Shown here: in pieces, positions 19,161-32,188 of the stretch | How positions within the stretch are numbered: the first letter of the stretch is position 1 | How the letters are laid out: every line of letters starts with the position of its first letter | Source: Schmidtea polychroa | Taxonomy: Eukaryota | Assembly (NCBI GenBank): GCA_044892525.1 | Contig: CM097885.1 | Span: forward strand, 210,738,001 to 210,802,000 | Direction: 5' to 3' | Length of the DNA: 64,000 nucleotides | The notes under the pieces: generated by a model | Told to the model about the DNA's origin: nothing | Database searches by the model: none | Seen by the model: the letters and a program-made list of their open reading frames with translations, nothing else | Program-made: the position numbers and the translations under genes

Positions 19161-20220
19161 NNNNNNNNNNNNNNNNNNNNNNNNNNNNNNNNNNNNNNNN
19201 NNNNNNNNNNNNNNNNNNNNNNNNNNNNNNNNNNNNNNNNNNNNNNNNNNNNNNNNNNNNNNNNNNNNNNNNNNNNNNNNNNNNNNNNNNNNNNNNNNNN
19301 NNNNNNNNNNNNNNNNNNNNNNNNNNNNNNNNNNNNNNNNNNNNNNNNNNNNNNNNNNNNNNNNNNNNNNNNNNNTTAAATAAAAATGCAAATACAAATA
19401 CAAATTAAATTTTCCACATTAGAAAGAAAAACATGCTAACAAAAGAAATATTTTTCAGAATTTTTATTTTGGTAATTGATAGAAATTGCGATGATTGCTT
19501 GTAACATTCGAATTTGTTGAATTCATCTAAAAAAATAATAATAACACTAGATTTTATTTATCATAATATAATTATTATATGAAATAAAATTACAAAATAA
19601 GATAATAATAAATTAACTATGTTTAATAAATTAAATAAAATAGTAGTTCCCGGGTGGTGGCAATCTAAATTGAAAACAGGCAGTTTGGGAATATTTTGTG
19701 TTCTTTGCATTTAATTAAACAAAATATACAACGACCGCTATTTACAATTGGAAAACCTTTTCTCGAACCTTTGAATACTAGCCAAGAATAAATGGCTCTT
19801 TGTAATACTCACGAGAAATGATAATAAAAGCAGTTTTTGATTTCATAATTCTCAAAATGGTAAATGATTCTGGTAACCTGCAACTTTTGAGGTAAATATT
19901 AATTATTGACACCTCGACAGATTTCTATTTCTTTTAGTTTCATTCACAATGATCATATTGTAAAATGTTATTATCAACCAAACAAATTATAAATTTTTAC
20001 ACTTCTCGCTAATATTTTGAAAACAACTTAATAAAACTCATCAAAATCCTTGAAATCTTTTTTCCTTACAAATTTAAGTCAAAAGTGTGTTTACGGTGCA
20101 TTTTAAAACTAAATTGACTCTAAATGTGCCCATTGCATTGGCACTGATTCTCACCTGGTCGCACGAAGAAAGTTAATTACTTTGATTAAATTATATTTAA
20201 TTGAATTAATTTAAATAATG

Positions 20221-21280
20221 TGTTGGGTTATTGGGTTGGTGATAAAATTAAAATTCTTAATCTGACTCCAAGCGTGCCTTTGACCCACAATTAATATTTG
20301 ACAACAGAAATCTTTATTGATAATCACAAATAAATTTCACTTTACACTGACAATCGATTCAACACTCTGCTCAGTGATTATACAATGCTTATTGCAACAC
20401 TTAGTGAAGAATAGAACTCGTGTACAAAACCGGATTGAAAGATTACTAACTACTGATTAGTTAATCAACTTGGACTTTCAGTTGGTTGTTTTCTTTCTTC
20501 GACAACTTTATTCAAATATTCAAATAACTTCTTTTAGTTTATTTCTCAACTAATTCTTTTCAGGAAATCTTCTTCAACAATTATTCCTTAACAATTATTC
20601 TCCATCATATAGTTTTCCAATAAATACTCGTCTCAATGACTTCTATAAAATTTCTCTCATAATTTCTTCGTTAATTTTACCCGTTAGTTTATCTCTTTTT
20701 TCCGTAGACTCTTGACTCGTTTTTCGTTTCATTCTCCAATAAATTTCCGTTTAATATTTTGTCTGATTTTTGTGTCCATTTCTCGGTCAACGGTTTCCCT
20801 TTATATAGCTTGTTTTATTTGTGGCACTCGAGATAATCAAATGTTTTCCACTTTTCTTTCTCCGGCATTTCTCGACTGTTCCCATTGTATCTTTGACAGA
20901 TGTCGAAATAGTTTTCCTTTTTGTCTTTTTTTGTTAGGCCGCCTTCTCCCGGTAATTCCGATATCTTTGACAAGCTGCCAAGATACAGCTTTTTCCCATA
21001 TTTTGTTTTTCTGGAATTTGAAATTCCTTTTCTCCTTTGTACTAATTAACTAGTACCGACCTTTGTTTTTGTTTACTTGTCTGATTTCTTTTGTTTCCTT
21101 CCTCTTTCTCATTTCTTTAAACTTCCGTTTTCTTTTCCGACGAAATGGGACATTTTTAATACATTTTAAAATTTTTTGCGGACCGGTTAGATTAGTATTG
21201 CGCATCAGCACCATTTCAAGGACCGGCTGTTGAGAAATACTGTTCTAAAATATATATTTTAGCATTATTAGCATTTTCAC
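20221..21280. repeat. Solo-LTR-like repeat (family shared with 44108-45110); boundaries approximate
   Basis: Starts TGTTGGGTTATTGGGTTGG; colinear blocks shared with 44108+ (tctgactccaagcgtg, ctttattgataatcac, ttcaacactc, gacaagctgccaagata). No TSD found. Confidence 0.55.
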
Positions 21281-21352
21281 ATTTTATCAATATTTTAAAA
21301 TAATTTAGTAATAAATTTCAAAAAATAATATTCTATTAAATTAAATCTTTAC

Positions 21353-21538
21353 CGGTTCATATCTTTCTCGCGGGCCCCACATATTGTTCCATGCATCAAC
21401 ATGTTGTTTGCATTCTTGTTGTTCTCTCAGTTTGTCTAAATGTTTCATCACTTGCCTCTCCTTGGCAGCCCTAGCTAACTCCATTCCATATGTTAATGTG
21501 TCAACATTTGAAATTGAAACAATGTCATTCGGTGTACG
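21353..21538 (-). CDS. Coding exon of a coiled-coil host gene (RTPNDIVSISNVDTLTYGMELARAAKERQVMKHLDKLREQQECKQHVDAWNNMWGPRERYEP)
   Basis: Acceptor tctattttttAG, donor CCG|GTAAAG, 186 nt open, phase 0-0, compatible with the exon at 26293-26456. Confidence 0.65.
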
Positions 21539-22984
21539 CTAAAAAATAGATTTCATTTCACAATAAATAAAATAAAATTGAAATATTCGAATACTTTTGT
21601 TCATTTATGGATGATGATAACCTTATCGATAAAAGCAGCATATATATATTTATTATTTTAAAACTTTCATATATTTTCCGTCGTATATTATTGAATTATA
21701 ACTAATATATATCTTAATGTAAATATTATACCAGGCATACATAATTATTACTTGTATTTTATAAAAAATGAAAAAGATGGTTTTTGAATTTAATAAACAT
21801 TTAAATAAGAAATTTTTTATTTAAATATTACAGTGACATTCATAGTTAAAACAAAACCAAATTTAAATGATAATTTTCATTAAAACAAATGATAAAGGAA
21901 AATTAGTTCACTTTTGAAGAGTCTATTTATCAAAACTATTTATTTGTACAACGATTAAATTAGAATTTGCCATTAAAATATATTTNNNNNNNNNNNNNNN
22001 NNNNNNNNNNNNNNNNNNNNNNNNNNNNNNNNNNNNNNNNNNNNNNNNNNNNNNNNNNNNNNNNNNNNNNNNNNNNNNNNNNNNNNNNNNNNNNNNNNNN
22101 NNNNNNNNNNNNNNNNNNNNNNNNNNNNNNNNNNNNNNNNNNNNNNNNNNNNNNNNNNNNNNNNNNNNNNNNNNNNNNNNNNNNNNNNNNNNNNNNNNNN
22201 NNNNNNNNNNNNNNNNNNNNNNNNNNNNNNCTAGGTGAAGCCAATTTCATATTTGTAACATCACTTGATGGCAAATGATTGTCTATTAGTATTCCGGTTA
22301 AGGGATCTCGTTTTGGCCGACCACCTTTAAAACTTGAAATAAGTTCAGTGAAATTTCCATTCTATTTTAGAAAATAAATTAATTTCATGTTACCTTTTCG
22401 GTAAAATAATAAGAATTTTGCCAAAATTGAAATTATATCGTTATTGAAATGTATTCAGAAGACTCAATATTTATCCTCTATATATCCTCGAAACTGTTAA
22501 AATTTTTGCGAAATAAAATTAACTCGTTTTCAAAATATTATGGATAAACCAAATCCAAATCCAATAAATGAAATTAGGGTTTGCGGTTCAAGCCTGAGAA
22601 AATGAAATCTTATGCAGATCCTGCAGTTATGAGTGGTTTGGGCACCATTTAATTTATTAAACCAACATCATCTACTCTCCTGCAGTTCTTAACTTTTGAA
22701 ATAATGAGATAATGAGATAACAATAAAACGTTGACAATAAAACCAGCATTGTTTGACAAATGCAACATTTCAGTCATTTCCTGACATATCNNNNNNNNNN
22801 NNNNNNNNNNNNNNNNNNNNNNNNNNNNNNNNNNNNNNNNNNNNNNNNNNNNNNNNNNNNNNNNNNNNNNNNNNNNNNNNNNNNNNNNNNNNNNNNNNNN
22901 NNNNNNNNNNNNNNNNNNNNNNNNNNNNNNNNNNNNNNNNNNNNNNNNNNNNNNNNNNNNTCCTGGTTCACCGAGACTTAAAAT

Positions 22985-23167
22985 ATTGATATATACTTAC
23001 AAATTTAAAACAAGATCACTTGTTATTTAATTAATTAATAATTATTAATTAATTATGACGAATACCACAAATTTCATTTCTGATTCTGCAAATAAAATAA
23101 AAATTTTGTTTAAAAAATAAAACAATCTTTAGTGATCGTTCAGAATTTTTTAATGATGGAAGGCATA
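22985..23167 (+). repeat. ~183 bp dispersed direct repeat, second copy at 27037-27219
   Basis: Near-identical sequence attgatatatacttacaaatttaaaacaagatcac...gaaggcata at both sites. Confidence 0.9.
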
Positions 23168-25435
23168 TTCGATGTAAAAAGTTAAAAGCTAATCCGGAAA
23201 ATTATATGAAGAAGTTATATTTTTCATTTAAATACAATTTAACCTAAACAGAAAGTTAATGCTTTAAGGCCAAAGGTTTTCTTGACCAACATTCACAAAA
23301 GATTACTTGGGTAGGGTGTTGCATTCAAATTTTACCGAAAGTGTAACTGATTACCTATAGACCAATTATATAGTATGCCAGTCCAGATCTACATATGATC
23401 CACATCGATTTAAATGTGAGTGAATTTAATTAACGTTTAAGTTTCACAAGATTTGAAGTGAGAAACAACATGGGACCCTCAAGTTGTGAATTTATGTGGA
23501 AAGCTCGTTAAATATAAATGCTAATTAACTAATGAATATTATTAATAAAAATTATTACTGGTTCACGATTTTGTTGTTTATCTTGTAATCTTCTCAATCT
23601 CTGTTGCAACATTTCTNNNNNNNNNNNNNNNNNNNNNNNNNNNNNNNNNNNNNNNNNNNNNNNNNNNNNNNNNNNNNNNNNNNNNNNNNNNNNNNNNNNN
23701 NNNNNNNNNNNNNNNNNNNNNNNNNNNNNNNNNNNNNNNNNNNNNNNNNNNNNNNNNNNNNNNNNNNNNNNNNNNNNNNNNNNNGTTAATTATAAATGGA
23801 TGTGTTAATTAGAAAAATGTTATAAAATAATTTTATTGATAAAAAGGTTAAATGTAAATTTGAGCGTATTTCTTTAATAAATATTCCATGGATATCCCTC
23901 AGAAATTCATAGTTATTATTGTGTTTAATAAATGTCGGAGCATGTATTTTTATCGTTTATTAAATTTTAAATGTTTTTAACTATTACNNNNNNNNNNNNN
24001 NNNNNNNNNNNNNNNNNNNNNNNNNNNNNNNNNNNNNNNNNNNNNNNNNNNNNNNNNNNNNNNNNNNNNNNNNNNNNNNNNNNNNNNNNNNNNNNNNNNN
24101 NNNNNNNNNNNNNNNNNNNNNNNNNNNNNNNNNNNNNNNNNNNNNNNNNNNNNATTATTAAAGTATTTATTATTATCATAAATACGATCAAAGTGTTTTG
24201 TACTTTAAATGAATAAAAATCAAGACAAAAAATATAACTAAGACAATACATAATTATGTCATTTTATTCAGCCTAATTTTTTAAAATTATACATTAATAG
24301 AAAAATATTTAAAAAATTAAAAATAAAATATTAAAAATTTTCCGCATAAAAAAATCAAAATTAAAAATATAATTGCGTAGAAAACACTGCATTTTAATAC
24401 AGTAATTACCAAATCAGTAATAATATATAAACTTTAATTAAAAGAAATGAAAAATTATTTTAAATGATAATTGCGAAATTTAAGAAGCTTTTGGATTCAA
24501 TGTAAATGTCGAATTCAACATGTGAAATGACATATAAATTTTTATGCATATCGGTTACGCACTATTTATTATAATAAGTTACTTATTAAAATAAATAGTT
24601 TTGTTTGATTATTATTTATTAAAGACGGCACTGATTTTGACTCTTCGTATTCTCTATATCAATTGATCAAATGATACCCAACATAAGATAATTTATTGAA
24701 ACTAGATCAAAATATTTACAATATTGTTAATCACACTTTAAACCTGTCGCTAAGGGTAAGAACCCAATGAGAAACTACCTCTTTTATCTATCAGCTTTTC
24801 ACTTGTTTATATGGTTGTAACTTTGAGTTAGAGTCTGCTACAGTCTCCGTTCTTGTTGCTTATTTCGTTCTTCGACTAAATGACAATCGGTTATTAATGT
24901 TGTTTATTTTTATAGGTTTCTCTCGTTCAAATAATTCAATTAACCAACATCAAAACTATTTCATAAAAGATATTTTTCTAAAATCAAATAATTAAGTAAG
25001 CGAAATTTCGTCCTTTGTGCGAACTGATTTTTTGCGTAATTTTATTCTGAGAGAAACTAATTATTTTATTTTTATCAATTACTACTCGTGGTTTCCACAT
25101 GGCTCGGGTTTCCCACATAGTTTCTAAATTATCTATTTTTAATTAACTTGCAATTTTTGAATATATTTTTGTATTTTCCATTAATTTCAAATTATTAGAC
25201 TTCTTCTCAATATTTACCATCCGTACATATTCATTTCCCCGAACTACGTTAATTTTTATTTTTTTGAAATTTAAATCAATTTATTATTTTTGAATTTATA
25301 TAAGTTTTGCATTTTATCGATTTTCACATTTCATTGCACATCCGAATTTCTTTTGAACTACTTATTAAAAACTCCAACAGTTTACAGAAAAAATGATTTT
25401 TTAGTGACCGCTGAACTACAATGAAAGTATAACTA

Positions 25436-25965
25436 CAGGAATACCTCGAACAGTACGGTTAATCGTTCTGGAATTTAGCCGTACTATTTGAAACCGGACT
25501 ATTCGAGGCATTCTGGCGCTAATAAATTTACGGCTTAGTGCCCCTATTAAGAAATTTAAAAATCGTGATTATAATCTAGTAAACAAAAAATATTTTGTTA
25601 TGTATTTTTATTTTTCTGATATTCAAGAGCAAAACAAGCATATTTAACACAGTTTATAAGCCGGCAATACCAATTCATTGCAACTAAATCAAAAAAAAAT
25701 AATTTATTTCATTTTAAAAATATTAAAAATAGCTGATGAAAAACAAGTAAATAAAATTAAATAAACACAACAATTTAATTTAAAAAAGATCAACAAAAGC
25801 AATTCACTTAAATTCTAATTTTTAGATTCATTTTTTATTGTTTAAAAATTTCAATAATGATGTCTGAACTTTTTGTGGTCGTTTCTCCTCATACAATTCT
25901 TTGTAGCAAAAAAAAAACAATCATATTTTGAAAATTTCAAAACCGTACTATGCAAGGTATTCCTG
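25436..25965. mobile_element. Tc1/mariner/pogo-type MITE
   Basis: TIRs CAGGAATACCTCGAACAGTACGGTT / AACCGTACTATGCAAGGTATTCCTG, flanked by TA on both sides. Confidence 0.8.
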
Positions 25966-26292
25966 TATATACATTTTGATATACGGAAAAAATAAATTTT
26001 GTAAATGTAAAGATCGTTGTTATAAAGTTTTCTGTTAGGAAAGGTTATTTGAAAATATTTTAAACAATATCATGAAAAATGTAATTAAAGAAATTTTGAA
26101 TTAAATTTTACAAAACTTCAAAATCAAGTTTGGTGACCCAAACAGTTAAAATGAATTTAAAAGTTTTACACAAAAAATAAGCAATACGTTGTGATTCCTG
26201 AATGGCTTGAGATGCTAAAATTTTGCGCTTTTTCTCGTCAATATTAACCTGAAAATATAAGTAACTAGATAAAAACTGAAATATTAAATTAC

Positions 26293-26456
26293 GTTTAAAC
26301 ACTGTGGGCCGACCAATGTGGTTTGTATCCGACCTTGGTTATCTCGTCTTGGAGCTCCACCACCAGGAGAACCAAATGGAAAGTAAAGGTTCATCATAGG
26401 ACCTTGGTAGGGATCTTTAGGTGTCCAACTACCAATTCTCTGATTCACATCATCGT
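26293..26456 (-). CDS. Coding exon with CSPP1/CCDC66-like motif (..YFPFGSPGGGAPRRDNQGRIQTTL..)
   Basis: Acceptor ttacttgcAG, donor AAC|GTAATT, 164 nt open (phase 1-0); the PFG.PG.GAP.RD..G.I motif resembles CSPP1 repeats as I recall them. Confidence 0.6.
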
Positions 26457-28956
26457 CTGCAAGTAATTAATTAATAAATTCCAGTTTTTGTGATGACAAT
26501 ACAATCGTAAAATCTTTATAAACAATTCAAGTATGGATTTTTAAGCTTGTTCATTCGAACATTTACTTGATTCAGTTCAAAAATTTCTAATCTAAAACAA
26601 GTTATATATATATATATATATATATTCGCATCCGTTACAACATTAATATCTGTTTGCAAATCACTAAATAATTCCATAAATTTTATTCAATAAATTTTAC
26701 ACTCAAAAACTTGTCTTTCTTAATTTTGTTATTTAAACAAATTTCAACTTTCCTTTTAGAATATTTTTCGATAAAAATATTTTTTAAGAATGCTAAATTT
26801 CAGTCTTCTTTTTAAAATATTTTTCAATAAAAATATTTTTTTAAATTTAACAAAATTTCTAATTAAATCTTCAAAAATCTATCAACTTCCTCATAATATA
26901 TATATTTCTTGGTGGAGAGGGGTTATTTTAAAGCTTTTTAGAATGTTTTAAAACTTGCTCATTTACGAAATAATCATCTAAAATCTAACAAATATTAATA
27001 AAAGAATGACAACAGCTGTCATTATCGATACAACTCATTGATATATACTTACAAATTTAAAACAAGATCACTTGTTATTTAATTAATTAATAATTATTTA
27101 TTAATTATGACGAATACCACAAATTTCATTTCTGATTCTGCAAATAAAATAAAAATTTTCTTTAAAAAATAAAACAATCTTTAGTGATCGTTCAGAATTT
27201 TTTAATAATGGAAGGCATACAACATGACACAATATTAAAAAAATTAAAATGGTGTAGCAAAACTAAATAATGATTCCGGGCACCGAGTTTAATGATTCAC
27301 GGGGGATAATTCTTTTAAGAATTATTAAACAATAAAAGTACAATTTATAGTATATTTAAAATTATTAATTATAATGCAAATTAATAAAATGACCTAAAAT
27401 TATTATTTGTATTATTATAAATAATGACTAAATATTTGATTTTTGGAACAAACTAAAATAGAAAATATTGAATTTCATACCGAATTCCTTTCCATATTCA
27501 TAATTTTTGCGGCTAATAATTTCATTTCCCAAATCCAATTTTCGATTTTCTTGGGAATTCTAAATTATATTTCGTAAATATTTTGACTACTGTCAATAAT
27601 AAGTAGTGGTAATATTAGAAATGGGAATATCCGAATCAAAAATTGTATGAAATGTTACAGTCCAATAATTTAAAACGAATACCAAAAATAACTGAAAATA
27701 TTTTTCATTATTATAGCTGATAAAAATAATAATCGGTGATGTCGCATATGTATCATTTCTCTATGAAAGGTTCCTTTCATTGGTCTACATATACTCATTT
27801 AAATCTTTTCAAGTGGTTTTGTACTTAAGGTTGTTTCTGTTTCCTCTCTAATTTTGATTGCAAGTGTCTTTGTTTTTTGGCATGCTATACAGTTCTAAAT
27901 TGCTACTTTGTTTCTTTTGTTAAATCTTCCATGTAAAAAATTCCGTTGAATGTTGTTAAATACTTTCTGCATTTCTGCATAACAGTATTTCTTTTATCAT
28001 ATCTTGTCTTTTTCATTATGGTATTCATAGTTTGTTATTGTTCGTATATATTGTCTTTTATGATGATAAATTTATATTTTATATCTCTTTCTATTTCATT
28101 TTTATTTCTTAGATTTTTTTATTATCTTATTGCTGATCATTTACGTTATTTTCGATTGTTACTGCTATTAACGCCCGGATTTTGGGTAGGCATATCGGCA
28201 TTCGCATGATCGAATCCTTTACTGAATTCCATTTAAATGTACACTCCAATTGTATTGAAACTTGCATCCGTATCCAATATAAATTCTCTTTTAAAGTTTG
28301 GGAATACGAGTATCGGATTCATCATCAATGCCGGTTTCATTTCCTCAAATACTTTCTGACATTTTCTGTTAATAAATATTTTTTTTGTCATAGGTACATT
28401 CAGTTTACCTTGCTTTCTTTGCTTATTTTTAAATAAATTGTCTGCAGTAGTTACATCTTCTTAAGAAACTTCTTACATTCTTTACACATTTTGTCATTTC
28501 AAATTACTATATTGCTACGTTAGTCATTTTGGATGCCTTTGTTATACATTATATGTCCCCTAGAAAATTTACTTTTATTTCTGATATTTAACATTTTTCT
28601 AGGTTAATCCTTAGTTTCACCCTCGAGATATTTTCTTGCACTTTTCCTCATATCTTTTAAGGTTCTTCTATTGTTCTGGTAAATATTAATATATTATCTA
28701 GATCATTGGTTCCCAAACTTATTTGATCTATCACACCCTTTCCAGAAAAAATATTAATCAGCGCCCCCTGGATTTTTTTCAATTTTAATAGCATTTAAGC
28801 AGAAATATATATTAGTCGCATATGCTAAAAGAATTCGATTGACCAGAAAAGGAAAGTGATTCCCAGATCGGGAATAATTAACAAATATGGAAAGTGGTTG
28901 ATCAAGATGGTACTAATAAGGAAGTTAGTGATTAGTAAAAAAAGAGGTTATATAAT

Positions 28957-31900
28957 AAAAAGGTGGAGCTTAAAAAATAAAAAAAAATAAAAAAATAATT
29001 TTTGAAAGTCTTACCCCCTAATCTGTTCCTTATGGTATAGAAACACTGTATAAAAAGTTTAAGCAATAAATTTTTATGTTTAGAGGTAGCTCAAGTGCCT
29101 GAAATATGATAAAATTTTTGTAAATTCAACAAATTCTGATTCTATTTTATTTTTTTGCAAACTTCAGTGTTACACACATAGACATTAATAGTGAAATGTT
29201 TCTTTAGCTTCTGACACAAACAATCTGTAAATGTCCAGCAAATTTGAAATTAACTGTTATTATGTAAACCCAGAGATGGCGGACAGAGTCTTTTTCCTGC
29301 TGTTGGGATACATTTTGCGATGGTCCTGGACAACTTGCAGCAAGAATTGAAGTTGTGTTTCATCACGGGTGATTAATCCACTGTATTCCTGAATGAGGGC
29401 CACTCCACGCTCAGCATGGTCATTTACAACTTTTAGAGATGTAACTGTTTCTGCAGCTTGTTTGTAATCATCTCTGTCTCCCCACAAGTCTGGGTCAACT
29501 GCAAGAAATCCATCTGGCAGTTCAAGCTGTTGAAGCAGAATCATTGATTTAGCTGTGACAAAATCTTCCAAGTTTTTCTCTTTGAATGAACCAAGAGTAA
29601 CTGTGATACGTTTGCAATGATCAGAATCCTGGTTTTCATCATTTTGCATGGCACTCACCATCAGTCGTTTGGTTGACGAACTGACCCGACTGTCGAAAAA
29701 AGCCAAGCTTACCAGTTTCTCAGATAAGTACCACAAATGATTTGCAAACTTGCGAGATGTTGCCTTTGAAATGGCTGCATGTATTGATGAGTACTCGAGC
29801 AGCGACTTCAGCAGCAGCAAGTCACTGAATGGAGCACCTGCTGCTTGAGGTGCAGATATCCAAGCTTTCAGGTACACTCGTACTGCAAATACACAAACAT
29901 CACGCAACCCTCGCTCTTCTGCAGTAGTCAGCTTGAACTGCGCCTTGAACATCCAAATTTTTAGGCTGTATATCACCTTGGACATCCAACGAGCATGGTG
30001 CATTGCACCAGGTGCCATGAACCGTACACCTCTGGGAGGAGCAGCACCGAGGAAGACAATTACAAGTTCCAAGAATTCTTTATAGTCATCTCTCGGCTGA
30101 CTCTGTTCAAGATACTTGTTGGCATAATCGATGGTGTCTTGCTTTATATCCTCCAGTAAACTTGCTACGTCATCAGCTGTAGTGCCTGCTTCATACTTAG
30201 CCGTATCTATAAATCTCCAGAACTCTTGAAAGCGTTTGAAGAGTGCAACTTCTGGGGAGGATGAGGCTCCCATGCAGACCTGGAAAACTGCCCCAATTAT
30301 CAGTTCCATAATGTGGTGCCTACAAGCCAGTGATAACAACTCCTTCTGAAGCTTCTGCTCTAACAGTACACAAGCACCAGCAATCCGACCAGTGTTTGAG
30401 CTAGTAGTGTCAAAACACATAGCTCGGATATTCTTGGCTATGCCCCAGTCTTTGATGGCTTCATATACAGCAGCAGCCTGAGCTTCGCCTGTTCCAGATG
30501 GAAGCTTAGCAACTGTAAGTAGCTGAGATACTCCTTTTCCAGAAACCAAAACCGGCAGTCGATCAACCTTCTCCTTTCCAATCAGATCAGGAATCAGTTT
30601 GCCGTCCCAATGAACTACAAGTGGTACATTATCCTGGAACTTTGCTTTTATGTTGGCAGCTCTCTGAACTCGATGTTCTACCCTAAGTCGTCGAATCGAG
30701 TCTCTGTTTAGAACAAGTTCATCGATGTTCTGTCCCAGGCTTTTAGCAGTTTTTGCAATAACGAAAACAGCCTTGCGATCTGACACTTTAGTTCTATCTA
30801 AAGCTACTGCAAGTTCTGGAGTAATAACAGTTTTTCGCCCCCTCTTTCTTTTTGGCGTCCGAAATGTGCTGCCTCCTGCAGCATCATCACTCAGATTTTC
30901 TCCACTTTTCATGTTTCCACCATCTAAGCTGGTTTCAGAAGATGACGATATCAGTTCAGCGGTAGAAGCTGCTAACTGCTTCACTTGCTCCATTCGCTGT
31001 CGCCTCGCAAGCATTTGCTTATCTCGTTCAAATGATCTTTTCTCCTTAGCAGCAAGTTTTTCATCTGCACCAGTCATCGACCCCCTTCTTCCTTTTTCTC
31101 TCTGGGCTAACAAGAAATTTTTATCTTCCTGTAGTACCGAGGGGCTGGTCAGTGCATCAGCATGAGCAAGATCAAAGAGATCTTCGAGCTTGGAACTAAA
31201 AGCTGATTCTCTCGCTAGTTGAGTTGCTGATAATCGTGCCTTGTTCTTTTTCAGAAGACGCCATTCTTCAAATGCATGCTCAACCTTGGTTTGGCAGTTT
31301 TGATGATCTCTCATCGGGATCCTCGCTTTCTGCCAAAACTTCGATACTTCTGTAATGGTAACAGCCGATGATTGTCTTATTGTCTCTTTCAGTTCCAGAT
31401 GGTGATGTAGGAAGAGTCCAAGAGCCATACGTAAAGATGGCAGCTTGCTGCCACGTAACTGAGTCACGGAATCGCCAAGAAGATACAACTCAGTTTGAGA
31501 TCGTGTTGCTTTTGCAACTGATGACATTTTCTTACAGAAATGAATATTATAAAAATAGCATTGACTTTGGAATCATGGATTGATATGTTAATTTGAATAA
31601 TTGTATTACAAAATTCACATTTACTTATCTAACTAATCTATATCTTCATTTAATTACTATTCACACTTAAACATTGAAAATAATATTCAATATTCAAATA
31701 ACATTCAACTAACTTACCAGCAGCTATAGATTCAGGAAGGCTTGCTTCACTTCAGTGGCCTACCAGCAATTTAATGCTCACTTTAATAGTAGTGTTATCA
31801 ACTGTTTACAATTTAAATTTATAAACACATTTGTCAAACTCCTGCAATAGCCAGTCCACACAGTAAACATACTAAACAAGTCTGATCATGCCTGGACTAT

Positions 31901-32188
31901 GAAGAATTTGTGTTAATTGTATATTGTAAAAATAGGATTGAAATGTTGTATGATTATCAGAGTCTGAGAAAGTCTCAATTTACTTAGTTCTCATTTACTA
32001 TAGTAAAGTACCGTAAATAAATGGGCGGCCGCTGCTTGAGAGTATCAGAAACTTCTCTGTCCTTGAGCTACCCCTAAATATTGTTCAATTGTGTTCATAT
32101 TTTGCCTGAATTTTTCTTTCATATATAGGAACAGAATGGGAGGGTAAGAAGGTAATATTTTGAAAGTTCAAAAATAAGCTCCACCCTA
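28957..32188 (-). mobile_element. hATm-like DNA transposon with intact transposase
   Basis: Right TIR TAAGCTCCACCCTA, degenerate left TIR aaaaaGGTGGAGCTTA, subterminal inverted blocks (ttagaggtagctcaag 29080 / cttgagctacccctaa 32062), candidate 9-bp TSD TTATATAAT (28948-28956, 32189-32197). Confidence 0.7.
29260..31527 (-). CDS. hATm-type DDE transposase, 755 aa, uninterrupted
   Basis: VVHWDGK, MCFDTTSSNTG, LACRHH, HHARWM, NHLWYLSE, VVNDHAERG motifs. Confidence 0.85.
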   Translation of the reverse strand: MSSVAKATRSQTELYLLGDSVTQLRGSKLPSLRMALGLFLHHHLELKETIRQSSAVTITEVSKFWQKARIPMRDHQNCQTKVEHAFEEWRLLKKNKARLSATQLARESAFSSKLEDLFDLAHADALTSPSVLQEDKNFLLAQREKGRRGSMTGADEKLAAKEKRSFERDKQMLARRQRMEQVKQLAASTAELISSSSETSLDGGNMKSGENLSDDAAGGSTFRTPKRKRGRKTVITPELAVALDRTKVSDRKAVFVIAKTAKSLGQNIDELVLNRDSIRRLRVEHRVQRAANIKAKFQDNVPLVVHWDGKLIPDLIGKEKVDRLPVLVSGKGVSQLLTVAKLPSGTGEAQAAAVYEAIKDWGIAKNIRAMCFDTTSSNTGRIAGACVLLEQKLQKELLSLACRHHIMELIIGAVFQVCMGASSSPEVALFKRFQEFWRFIDTAKYEAGTTADDVASLLEDIKQDTIDYANKYLEQSQPRDDYKEFLELVIVFLGAAPPRGVRFMAPGAMHHARWMSKVIYSLKIWMFKAQFKLTTAEERGLRDVCVFAVRVYLKAWISAPQAAGAPFSDLLLLKSLLEYSSIHAAISKATSRKFANHLWYLSEKLVSLAFFDSRVSSSTKRLMVSAMQNDENQDSDHCKRITVTLGSFKEKNLEDFVTAKSMILLQQLELPDGFLAVDPDLWGDRDDYKQAAETVTSLKVVNDHAERGVALIQEYSGLITRDETQLQFLLQVVQDHRKMYPNSRKKTLSAISGFT

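Noticed and set aside
19810-19880. Exon candidate with ttgcAG acceptor and CTC|GTGAGT donor
   Set aside because: The peptide is unrecognisable and its link to the upstream exons is unsupported.
30725-31165. 146-aa plus-strand ORF
   Set aside because: Antisense shadow of the hATm transposase.
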